Source of the DNA: Macrostomum lignano
Taxonomy: Eukaryota
Direction of reading: 5' to 3'
Length of the DNA stretch: 64,000 nt
Assembly (NCBI GenBank): GCA_002269645.1
Contig: NIVC01002626.1
Span: forward strand, 91,210 to 155,209
In this document: positions 1-18,100 of the stretch, one piece after another
Layout: every line of letters begins with the position of its first letter
Position numbering within the stretch: position 1 is the first letter of the stretch
Made by a program: the position numbers and the translations under genes
Notes under the pieces: generated by a model
The model's input: the letters and a program-made list of their open reading frames with translations, nothing else
Databases searched by the model: none
Told to the model about the DNA's origin: nothing

Positions 1-710
1 AGGATATTGTGGACTACGATGGGTTCAATGGAAAGTCGATGGCTTGCAGTCAAATTAATTGTTGGTTGCAGTTTAATAGTGAATGTAACTTTGTTGTCAT
101 CAGATATAAAGTCCAGATTTGCAAATTCTTCATTTGACTTTAATGTCAGGTCTCTTGATTTGGAGAAGTTGGGCAGTCCCGCAATAAGTTCTTTCCAGTC
201 AACGATGCAATCAATCTTATTAAACTCATTGAGCTCATTTGCAATCTCATTTCTGGTTTTTATTATCACTTTTGTGGCATCAACTTGTCTGTCTGACAAT
301 GGTGCAGTCTGCTTCAAAAAGTTCTTTGAGGCATTAAAGATAGACATAGGGTCTCTTGGTCACCAAAAGCACTTAACTTTTATCATAATTGCATCTGCAG
401 GCCAATGTCTTTGGCAAATTCTAGTGTTATCTGTTAGAGTGATAAAATTTGGCAGAGCTGATAGCCGCCACTGATGAGACTCCGTATCCTTTGGGAGACT
501 AGATGGGAACATAGGCCTTGGTTTGCAGCTTGCTGTCATAATTGCCTTTACAATTTCCAAGGCTGCATTTGAACACAATGTCTTGTTCTTCTTAGCAAAA
601 TATGATAATAAAAAATCATTGTTCCTTAGACAGGATCCAAGTTGCAACTCTTGCCTCTTAAATTTAACAGTATACACATGCATGTATGCAAAGCCTCTTG
701 AATGAGTCAT
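1..710 (-). pseudogene. Degenerate THAP-domain / P-element-like transposase fragment, running off the left edge
   Basis: One minus-strand frame reads ...MFPSSLPKDTESHQW...NTRICQRHWPADAIMIKVKCFW*PRDPMSIFNASKNF...NEIANELNEFNKIDCIVDWKELI... and stays open to the window edge after one in-frame TGA (360-362). FP...W...ICxxH(W/F)...RP..PxSIF resembles the THAP C-terminal signature; the N-terminal CxxC is not clearly present. Confidence 0.4.
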
Positions 711-2074
711 TTTATGTATGCTTTAGTTGTGAACCTGCACTGAGTGGCCACCCAGAAAAGCCCAGTCAAATGTACAGAAAAAGTTTAAAAAACTGGGACT
801 CTGATAGTTGGGGTGTTGGGCTTCGAAGTTTTCCTTCTCCAAAATATGAATCAGTTTTAAGACTCAGAGAAGCCAGCCTTCAAAAATGTTTACACTGAAT
901 GCTCAGACTAGCATCCTATAGTATATTACTATTAAGTAGTCTTTGGCCTATGCCAAAACAAAAATGAAAATTGACAACCAATACTTTGGTTCTTAGGGTT
1001 AAAACCTAAACAACGAAACAACCATAACCCTAACCCTATAACATTTTAATATTTATAAAAAGATTAATAAAAACATTATTTTTACAATTTTATAATTTTT
1101 AATATAATTTTGTTGCTAAGAACATGAATATGATCATAGAAGCATTGAGTATTAGACAAATAGTCTAAAAAAACGTATATTGTACTCTTATATATATTGT
1201 TTACTTAATTTGTTTTTTTATTTGTTTATTTAATTGTTGCATTCTAGGTTTGTGTATACACTATACACGGTGAGCATATGCACCCTGAATTTTTATATCA
1301 CACCTTGAAATTACACTCTGAGCCTTACACCCTAAAATTGGGCACAGGGTTTGATTTTGAACCTTGTCTCTGGCAAAAACACAGTCTGCATTTATTTATA
1401 TAGATAATAGAGTAAAACATAAGAGAGAAAATAAGAAATAGAAAAGAAAGGAAAATGATTAAGGTCTCAAAGGAAAGTGAAAGAAAAGCAAATGAGGCAA
1501 AAAGATAAAGATTAGAAAATAAAAAGTAATAAAGGAAGAATGAAAAAGAGAAAAACCATAGTTTCTTTCACTTTTTCTTTATCTTAGCTTGCAAGTATGT
1601 AAACTTTTTTGCTTACCAAAAAGCACTTGAATTTGGCTGCATCAAAGTACATTTCTTTATAAAGATAAATTGTAAATGGTTTGAATGTGGAACCACTCTT
1701 GTCCTAAAGAAAGTATGGCAAAAGCCATTTGTTGTTGGGAAGTTCAATTATGGCCATGTGAAAATGATGCCTTTTAAGTTAATTTTATCTTCTCGTTTTT
1801 TTGTTGTAAGAAACAATTATTAGTTTGCAATTTCATTTAGTAGTTTTTATATCAAATCTTTCTATACTACATATTCTATATCAATAGTAGCAAACAGCCT
1901 CCAGTTAGTGGGTGATAGGTGGTCACCTTTCTTCAGCGGTACGGCTGTGCATTTGACTTTCTAATCGTCAGGAATGTGGCTGTGTACAGGAAGCGAACAT
2001 GATAGCGTGTTAAATGATTTTCTATAAAATTAGAATACAAAAACTTAGCCGATTTAATTGCATGCCTAACAGCC

Positions 2075-8894
<6,820 letters not shown>

Positions 8895-9008
8895 CTATAC
8901 CCACCTGCTCGTATTGGTCTGTCTCATTTTTACATTCTTATGCGCTAAAACTTGATGACATTGTTTACATTGCTGAATTCAGTTTTCAGTTGTTCGATTT
9001 TTAGGTCA

Positions 9009-9420
9009 TCCGCTCCCTACTCAATCAATCTGCTAAGTAATCCGCTCCCTACCCAATCAATCTGTGCAGTAATCCGCTCCCTATCCAATCAATTTGCGTA
9101 GTAATCCGCTCCCTACCCAATCAATCTGTTTAGTTAATCAGCCCCTTTCCCACCAATTGGTGTCAGAATCCGCTCCCTACCCAATCAATTTGCGTAGTAA
9201 TCCGCTCCCTACCCAATCAATCTGTTTAGTTAATCAGCCCCCTTCCCACCAATTGGTGTCAGAATCCGCTCCCTACCCAATCAATCTTCTAAGTAATCCG
9301 CTCCCTACCCAATCAATCTGTGCAGTAATCCGCTCCCTACCCAATCAATCTTCTAAGTAATCCGCTCCCTACCCAATCAATCTGTGTAGTAATCCGCTCC
9401 CTACCCAACCAATCTGTTTA
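9009..9420 (+). repeat. 32-bp minisatellite (tccgctccctacccaatcaatctg...) downstream of the YME1L stop
   Basis: Units at 9009, 9041, 9073...; a variant unit (atcagccc...ccaattggtgtc) recurs after 96 bp. Confidence 0.88.
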
Positions 9421-9924
9421 GTTGGTAAGTCTGATAAACAGTGAATTATATTTTTGTGGCAAAGTGAACTTACTTAATTTTTTAACTAAGCCAGTTTGTC
9501 CCTGCTTGCGAATCCTGAAAAAAACAATAAAAATGGTGTCATCTTTTTTTCAGTAAGTTTAATTAGCCGAAACTTTAACAGTCTAATTCTTAGAATGTTT
9601 CTATTTTTATCCAGGTCCGCAAAGTACTTTTAACTAGTGTCCGCGTGTTCTTGGTTCAGTTTCAGATGTCTGAGTTGTGGAAAAAATTCTGCTTCAATGA
9701 ACCTGCTTTTCTTTGTTCTTTTGTTTCTAAATTCGCGACTTAAATAAAGTTTTCCGTATATCCTGTATTTTTGTCCTAGCAACCGGAGAACTCGAATATT
9801 GATAGAACTTTACTATCGAGTTATTTGTTGCTAGTCTGTTTTGTAGTGTCATTTGCGTTTATATTGCCGCTCCGTGCATTCTTTGTTGCTTAATTAATAC
9901 TTTTACCTTTGCATCTTCTTCCCT

Positions 9925-11010
9925 ACACTGACTCCCTCTTCGACTCTACCTCTCACTCTCTCCCTGACTCCCTCACCGACTCTACCTCTCACTCTCCCTG
10001 ACTCCCTCTCTGACTCTCCCTCTCACTCTCTCCTTGACTCCCTCTCTGACTCTCCCTCTCACTCTCCCTGACTCCCTCTCTGACTCTACCTCTCACTCTC
10101 TCCTTGACTCCCTCACTGACTCTCCCTCTCACTCTCCCTCACTCCCTCTCTGACTCTACCTCTCACTCTCTCCTTGACTCCCTCTCTGACTCTCCCTCTC
10201 ACTGTCCCTGACTCCCTCTCTGACTCTACCTCTCACTCTCTCCTTGACTCCCTCTCTGACTCTCCCTCTCACTCTCCCTGACTCCCTCTCTGACTCTACC
10301 TCTCACTCTCTCCTTGACTCCCTCACCGACTCTCCCTCTCACTCTCCCTGACTCCCTCTCTGACTCTACCTCTCACTCTCTCCTTGACTCCCTCTCTGAC
10401 TCTCCCTCTCACTCTCCCTGACTCCCTCTCTGACTCTACCTCTCACTCTCTCCTTGACTCCCTCACCGACTCTCCCTCTCACTCTCCCTGACTCCCTCTC
10501 TGACTCTACCTCTCACTCTCCCTGACTCCCTCTCTGACTCTCCCTCTCACTCTCTCCCTGACTCCCTCTCTGACTCTACCTCTCACTCTCTCCCTGTCTC
10601 CATCCCTGACTCTCCCTGTCTCCATCTCTGACTCTCCCTGTCTCCATCTCTGACTCTCCCTGTCTCCATCTCTGACTCTCCCTGTCTCCATCTCTGACTC
10701 TACCTCTCACTCTCTCCCTGACTCCCCCTCTGACTCTCCCTGTCTCCATCTCTGACTCTACCTCTCACTCTCTCCCTGACTCCCCCTCTGACTCTCCCTG
10801 TCTCCATCTCTGACTCTACCTCTCACTCTCTCCCTGACTCCCCCTCTGACTCTCCCTGTCTCCATCTCTGACTCTACCTCTTACTCTCTCACTGAGTCCC
10901 TCTCTCTCCCTCTCACTCTCTCTTCGACTCTCCCTCTCGAACTCTACCTCTCACTTCCTCTCTGACTCTACCTCTCACTTCCTCTCTGACTCTCCAGCTC
11001 ACTTTCCCTG
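9925..11010 (+). repeat. CT-rich minisatellite, 34+36-bp dimer (70 bp), grading into a 22-bp variant
   Basis: tctcactctctccttgactc recurs at 10021 and 10091, etc.; tctccctgtctccatctctgac units from about 10595. Confidence 0.9.
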
Positions 11011-11019
11011 ACTTGCTTT

Positions 11020-11023
<4 letters not shown>

Positions 11024-11078
<55 letters not shown>
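11024..11078 (+). repeat. (TC)n microsatellite
   Basis: About 27 perfect TC units. Confidence 0.95.
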
Positions 11079-11082
<4 letters not shown>

Positions 11083-11839
11083 TCCCTCTCCAACTCTACC
11101 TCTCACCCTCTCCTGACTTCCTCTAATTCTCACACTTCCTCTAATCTTGTGGGTTCCACTGTCTCTCACGGGTCTCACTGAAGCACAACGGTAATTGTGT
11201 TGACTTGTGTTTAACTCGGTCATCTTCCACAATAATTTTCGCTCTAAATTTGAAATCCAGTTAAATAACTAACCACACCGGCCCATCATATGTCAAGAGA
11301 ACTGCTGCCTGAGCTTACGCCCTCCTTTCCCAAATGAAGTATCGGCACCGTGAAGGTATTGTTTAGTTAAAGACAAGAACAATTCGATTCAAATATTATG
11401 CGTTACATTGTGGCGAAAGAAAACTACACACGCAAATAAATGATTAACCTGAGTTATGCTGCTACGTTATTTAACTACTCGTAATTTGAAAATCGTTGCA
11501 TGCTACTATTAGTAGCCGTCTTGTGGCTTATTTAATGCATTCATAATAGAATTTCTACTATATAATGAGCCTAATAAATGACCCGATTTAACTGCTATTT
11601 TATGAGTATTGTTAGCCGGTAGGTAACAGGTGTGTATCGGGTTTCTGCAGCTCTGTGCACCTTTAGGGCAGCCGTTAAACTTATGCTACAATGCTTTAAC
11701 CGCGTACTACTATTGGTAGTCAATCTGTAATGTAGCTATCATTTTATCCGTCTGGGTTTGCCACCCCTATGATTCTTTTATCTGCGTCATCACTGTTATT
11801 GATACCTTGATTGCTGCACCGCCACCTTACTTTTAATCC

Positions 11840-13195
11840 CCCACATCTCTCCCCGCTGTCTCCCACATCTCTCCCCCTGCTGTCTCCCACATCTCTCCCC
11901 CTGCTGTCTCCCACATCTCTCCCCCTGCTGTCTCCCACATCTCTCCCCCTGCTGTCTCCCACATCTCTCCCCCTGCTGTCTCCCACATCTCCCTGCTATC
12001 TCCCACATCTCTCCCCCTGCTGTCTCCCACATCTCTCCCCCTGCTGTCTCCCACATCTCTCCCCCTGCTGTCTCCCACATCTCTCCCCCTGCTGTGTCCC
12101 ACATCTCCCCCCCTGCTGTCTCCCACATCTCTCCCCCTGCTGTCTCCCACATCTCCCTGCTATCTCCCACATCTCTCTCCCTGCTGTCTCCCACATCTCT
12201 CCCCCTGCTGTCTCCCACATCTCCCCCTGCTGTCTCCCACATCTCTCCCCCTGCTGTCTCCCACATCTCTCCCCCTGCTGTCTCCCACATCTCTCCCCCT
12301 GCTGTCTCCCACATCTCTCCCCCTGCTGTCTCCCACATCTCTCCCCCTGCTGTCTCCCACATCTCCCTGCTATCTCCCACATCTCTCTCCCTGCTGTCTC
12401 CCACATCTCTGCCCCTGCTGTCTCCCACATCTCTCCCCCTGCTGTCTCCCACATCTCCCTGCTATCTCCCACATCTCTCTCCCTGCTGTCTCCCACATCT
12501 CTCCCCCTGCTGTCTCCCACATCTCCCTGCTATCTCCCACATCTCTCTCCCTGCTGTCTCCCACATCTCTGCCCCTGCTGTCTCCCACATCTCTCCCCCT
12601 GCTGTCTCCCACATCTCCCTGCTATCTCCCACATCTCTCTCCCTGCTGTCTCCCACATCTCTCCCCCTGCTGTCTCCCACATCTCTCCCCCTGCTGTCTC
12701 CCACATCTCTCCCCCTGCTGTCTCCCACATCTCCCTGCTATCTCCCACATCTCTCTCCCTGCTGTCTCCCACATCTCTCCCCCTGCTGTCTCCCACATCT
12801 CCCCCCTGCTGTCTCCCACATCTCTCCCCCTGCTGTCTCCCACATCTCTCCCCCTGCTGTCTCCCACATCTCCCTGCTATCTCCCACATCTCTCTCCCTG
12901 CTGTCTCCCACATCTCTCCCCCTGCTGTCTCCCACATCTCTCCCCCTGCTGTCTCCCACATCTCCCTGCTATCTCCCACATCTCTCTCTCTGCTGTCTCC
13001 CTATACTCTCCCTGCTGTCTCCCACATCTCTCTCCCTGCTGTCTCCCACATCTCTCTCCCTGCTGTCTCCCACATCTCTCCCCCTGCTGTCTCCCACATC
13101 TCTCCCCCTGCTGTCTCCCACATCTCTCCCCCTGCTGTCTCCCACATCTCTCCCCGCTGTCTCACAAATCTGTCCCTGCTGTCTCCCACATCTCC
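11840..13195 (+). repeat. 24/20-bp C-rich minisatellite (cccacatctctccccctgctgtct / cccacatctccctgctatct)
   Basis: 24-bp period from 11886; 20-bp variant interspersed. Confidence 0.95.
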
Positions 13196-13812
13196 TGTCT
13201 CTATTCACATGTCACTCTCCACATGTCAGTCTTATCACACTCTGTGTTTATCCCCTTTGTCATAAATTCTTTTCTCTAGAAGATTTTCAAGGTAAATTAG
13301 CTATAGAAATGCCTACAGTTATAACATAGGCTTTTTGAGGTCTGTAAGAGCTGTTTTTTGTTTAGCTATTCCGCTTGGTTAGTCAATAAGCCAACAGTGC
13401 ATGTTTCTCTGAATTCTTAACACTTTGTTTTATGCAGTCAGTTTGATATTTGATTTTTATGCAAATTTGGATTCTGTCAGTGCCACGTTTGCCTGGAGGG
13501 TCAGTTATGTAGTCAAAATCATCCTGTTGATTTTGTCATTGACTTCTCTTATTGATCGTCTATCGTCACGCAACGCTAGCAGCTTTGGAGTCATTTGAGG
13601 TTGTCATCATCTGTGCTGTTGGCTTGAATGAATTGTTGATTGTGACCTCTTGAGGCAGCAACAGTGTTGAATAGTTGGTCGAGTAAGCTTTGGCGACATC
13701 GGTTCCACAAACAGCGCTGACGACAATCTCGTCATACCGCTGACTCCTAAGCACGTACACTCTGCGTATTGGGGGTTGGCTCTCATGGCTGTTCATGGTT
13801 TGCTGTCGCTGG

Positions 13813-14085
13813 TATAATATAATGATAATTGATTACACCTGCCTCAATTGGGCCAGATGTGCAACCGTCTGGCTGTTCAGTCCAAGGACTGGGGAGGGGG
13901 GGGTCGCCAGACACCCTCAATTACCCCAGCTAATGCTGGCACCCATTTTACAGCTGGGTGAACTGAAGCAATGCAGAGTTAAGCGTCTTGCTCAAGGACA
14001 CAAATTGTTTCGAGTAGGATCGGGAATCGAACCCCCGACCTTCAAGTCGTGAATCCGATGCTCTGACCACTAGGCTGCAACCCCC
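13813..14085 (-). mobile_element. tRNA-derived SINE with CORE-type central domain
   Basis: Minus strand: GGGGGTTGCAGCCTAGTGGTCAGAGC (A box) ... GGTTCGATTCC (B box, 14023-14033), then GTGTCCTTGAGCAAGACGCTTAACTCTGCATTGCTTCAGTTCACCCAGCTGTAAAATGGG, which aligns by eye with the MIR CORE; AT-rich simple tail at 13813-13832. Confidence 0.8.
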
Positions 14086-15182
14086 TAAGAATTTACTTTC
14101 GAAAGATGTGCGATATGTACCTTACAAGAAAAGTACCTTAAATGTCTTAGAATTAGTGAATTATATGTAAAACTATGCTTGGATCATGAAATGTAATTGT
14201 GAGTCCATGCAGTACTCTCTAAGTGCCCAACTTGAGTACGAGTATGCTAAGGTATAATTAGTATTAGTTGCTTTAATTCCTCATTTTCAGTCGATCCTGA
14301 AATAGAGCCAGTCGGGTTCTTAAAACCCCTCTCCACTTGAATAGAGAGGCCTTAATATAGCACAATTTTACCGCGTACTCGAATCTCTTTGATAAGCGTA
14401 AATCAATTTTCGAATCTATATACCCAGAATCCATGCTGCATAGAGGAACTGCTGCAGTGCAAGCTATTGATATCTTTTATACTCGTAGTTTCTAAATGAC
14501 TTTTAAAAAATCTATTATCGATAATCTCTCAATTGTTTGTCAAATTCATCCAGAACAAAAGGTTACTACGCTCGTACATACCCCAGTTGTCCTTTGACGC
14601 AAACGCTCAAAGCAAGAAAAAGTGCAAAATGATGCGTTGCAACGCGTCAGGCGCATCAATTATGTATTCATAAAAACGCATTCCAACCCGTCGTGGGCCA
14701 GGGTAGGCCTATGCATTATCTGGGTCTATTCCGGCAGCAAAAAATGATAATTGTTATTCGCTTTGCCCTTAAGGCAATGGATTTTGCAGAGACGCGCTGG
14801 CTTCCTGCGCGCCCTCATCGCTCAATAGAGACGGACCCAGCCTATGTGTATATTGGCTTGTTTTACCTGGGCCAAACTTGGCTCATTAGCGCTGCGCTGC
14901 AACGGAACGTTATATTGCTGACAAAACAGCGCCGCCCATTGGGGTATCTGCGTCTGTCATACACTGGACCCCCTGCCAGATGTCTGGCTTCACTGACTGT
15001 GGTCAAACACCGCATTAGCCTAGTGCAGAGATATTCTGCCTGCTTGTTTTGGCAAACTGAATTGCAGCACCTGCGAATTTTTGGTGGCTAGTTTGTCGGA
15101 CAAACAACAGAGATCTCTGTGCTGGATTAGGGCTGCCGGGACAGTGCGAATGTTTCAATTTTTTCATACTGTGCGGTACTTC

Positions 15183-18100
15183 AGACACTGGAGTGAGTAG
15201 GAGACAGTTGGAGTGAGTAGGAGACAGTTGGAGTGAGTAGGAGACAGTTGGAGTGAGTAGGAGACAGTTGGAGTGAGTAGGAGACAGTTGGAGTGAGTAG
15301 GAGACAGTTGGAGTGAGTAGAAGACAGTTGGAGTGAGTGGGAGACAGTTGGAGTGAGTAGGAGACAGTTGGAGTGAGTAGGAGACAGTTGGAGTGAGTAG
15401 AAGACACTAGAGTGAGTAGAAGACACTGGAGTGAGTAGGAGACAGTTGGAGTGAGTAGGAGACAGTTGGAGTGAGTAGGAGACAGTTGGAGTGAGTAGAA
15501 GACACTGGAGTGATTAGAAGACAGTTGAGTGAGTAGGAGACAGTTGGAGTGAGTAGAAGACACTGGAGTGAGTAGAAGACACTGGAGTGAGTAGGAGACA
15601 GTTGGAGTGAGTAGGAGACAGTTGGAGTGAGTAGGAGACAGTTGGAGTGAGTAGGAGACAGTTGGAGTGAGTAGGAGACAGTTGGAGTGAGTAGGAGACA
15701 GTTGGAGTGAGTAGGAGACAGTTGGAGTGAGTAGGAGACAGTTGGAGTGAGTAGGAGACAGTTGGAGTGAGTAGGAGACAGTTGGAGTGAGTAGGAGACA
15801 GTTGGAGTGAGTAGAAGACAGTTGGAGTGAGTAGAAGACAGTTGGAGTGAGTAGGAGACAGTTGGAGTGAGTAGAAGACACTGGAGTGAGTAGAAGACAC
15901 TGGAGTGATTAGAAGACAGTTGAGTGAGTAGAAGACAGTTGGGGTGATTAGGAGACACTGGAGTGAGTAGAAGACAGTTGAGTGAGTAGGAGACAGTTGT
16001 AGTGAGTAGGAGACAGTTGGAGTGAGTAGGAGACAGTTGGAGTGAGTAGGAGACAGTTGGAGTGAGTAGGAGACAGTTGAGTGAGTAGGAGACAGTTGGA
16101 GTGAGTAGAAGACACTGGAGTGAGTAGAAGACACTGGAGTGAGTAGGAGACAGTTGGAGTGAGTAGGAGACAGTTGGAGTGAGTAGGAGACAGTTGTAGT
16201 GAGTAGGAGACAGTTGGAGTGAGTAGAAGACAGTTGGAGTGAGTAGGAGACAGTTGGAGTGAGTAGAAGACAGTTGGAGTGAGTAGGAGACAGTTGGAGT
16301 GAGTAGAAGACACTGGAGTGAGTAGAAGACACTGGAGTGATTAGAAGACAGTTGAGTGAGTAGAAGACAGTTGGGGTGATTAGGAGACAGTTGGAGTGAG
16401 TAGGAGACAGTTGGAGTGAGTAGGAGGCAGTTGGAGTGAGTAGGAGACAGTTGGAGTGAGTAGAAGACAGTTAAGTGAGTAGGAGGCACTAAGGTGAGTA
16501 GAAGACACTGGAGTGATTAGAAGACAGTTGGAGTGAGTAGGAGACAGTTGGAGTGAGTAGGAGACAGTTGGAGTGAGTAGGAGACAGTTGGAGTGAGTAG
16601 GAGACAGTTGGAGTGAGTAGGAGACAGTTGGAGTGAGTAGGAGACAGTTGGAGTGAGTAGGAGACAGTTGGAGTGAGTAGGAGACAGTTGGAGTGAGTAG
16701 GAGACAGTTGGAGTGAGTAGGAGACAGTTGGAGTGAGTAGGAGACAGTTTGAGTGAGTAGGAGACAGTTGGAGTGAGTAGGAGACAGTTGGAGTGAATAG
16801 GAGACAGTTGGAGTGAGTAGGAGACAGTTGGAGTGAATAGGAGACAGTTGGAGTGAGTAGGAGACAGTTGGAGTGAGTAGGAGACAGTTGGAGTGAGTAG
16901 GAGACAGTTGGAGTGAGTAGAAGACAGTTGGAGTGAGTGGAGACAGTTGGAGTGAGTAGGAGACAGTTGGAGTGAGTAGGAGACAGTTGGAGTGAGTAGA
17001 AGACACTAGAGTGAGTAGAAGACACTGGAGTGAGTAGGAGACAGTTGGAGTGAGTAGGAGACAGTTGGAGTGAGTAGGAGACAGTTGGAGTGAGTAGAAG
17101 ACACTGGAGTGATTAGAAGACAGTTGAGTGAGTAGGAGACAGTTGGAGTGAGTAGAAGACACTGGAGTGAGTAGAAGACACTGGAGTGAGTAGGAGACAG
17201 TTGGAGTGAGTAGGAGACAGTTGGAGTGAGTAGGAGACAGTTGGAGTGAGTAGGAGACAGTTGGAGTGAGTAGGAGACAGTTGGAGTGAGTAGGAGACAG
17301 TTGGAGTGAGTAGGAGACAGTTGGAGTGAGTAGGAGACAGTTGGAGTGAGTAGGAGACAGTTGGAGTGAGTAGGAGACAGTTGGAGTGAGTAGGAGACAG
17401 TTGGAGTGAGTAGAAGACAGTTGGAGTGAGTAGAAGACAGTTGGAGTGAGTAGGAGACAGTTGGAGTGAGTAGAAGACACTGGAGTGAGTAGAAGACACT
17501 GGAGTGATTAGAAGACAGTTGAGTGAGTAGAAGACAGTTGGGGTGATTAGGAGACACTGGAGTGAGTAGAAGACAGTTGAGTGAGTAGGAGACAGTTGTA
17601 GTGAGTAGGAGACAGTTGGAGTGAGTAGGAGACAGTTGGAGTGAGTAGGAGACAGTTGGAGTGAGTAGAAGACAGTTGAGTGAGTAGGAGACAGTTGGAG
17701 TGAGTAGAAGACACTGGAGTGAGTAGAAGACACTGGAGTGAGTAGGAGACAGTTGGAGTGAGTAGGAGACAGTTGGAGTGAGTAGGAGACAGTTGTAGTG
17801 AGTAGGAGACAGTTGGAGTGAGTAGAAGACAGTTGGAGTGAGTAGGAGACAGTTGGAGTGAGTAGAAGACAGTTGGAGTGAGTAGGAGACAGTTGGAGTG
17901 AGTAGAAGACACTGGAGTGAGTAGAAGACACTGGAGTGATTAGAAGACAGTTGAGTGAGTAGAAGACAGTTGGGGTGATTAGGAGACAGTTGGAGTGAGT
18001 AGGAGACAGTTGGAGTGAGTAGGAGACAGTTGGAGTGAGTAGGAGACAGTTGGAGTGAGTAGGAGACAGTTGGAGTGAGTAGGAGACAGTTGGAGTGAGT

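Noticed and set aside
7-898. Plus-strand ORFs 7-474, 523-705 and 686-898
   Set aside because: Ser/Leu/Phe-rich antisense shadows of the minus-strand frame; no motifs.
1025-1037. Telomeric (TAACCC)n
   Set aside because: Only two units in AT-rich sequence.
11744-13329. GDSRGRDV/SPPAVSHI repeat ORFs
   Set aside because: Translations of the 24/20-bp minisatellite in multiple frames on both strands.
14010-14085. Functional tRNA gene
   Set aside because: The acceptor stem does not pair (GGGGTTG versus TCCTACT) and the sequence continues into a SINE core; treated as a SINE head.
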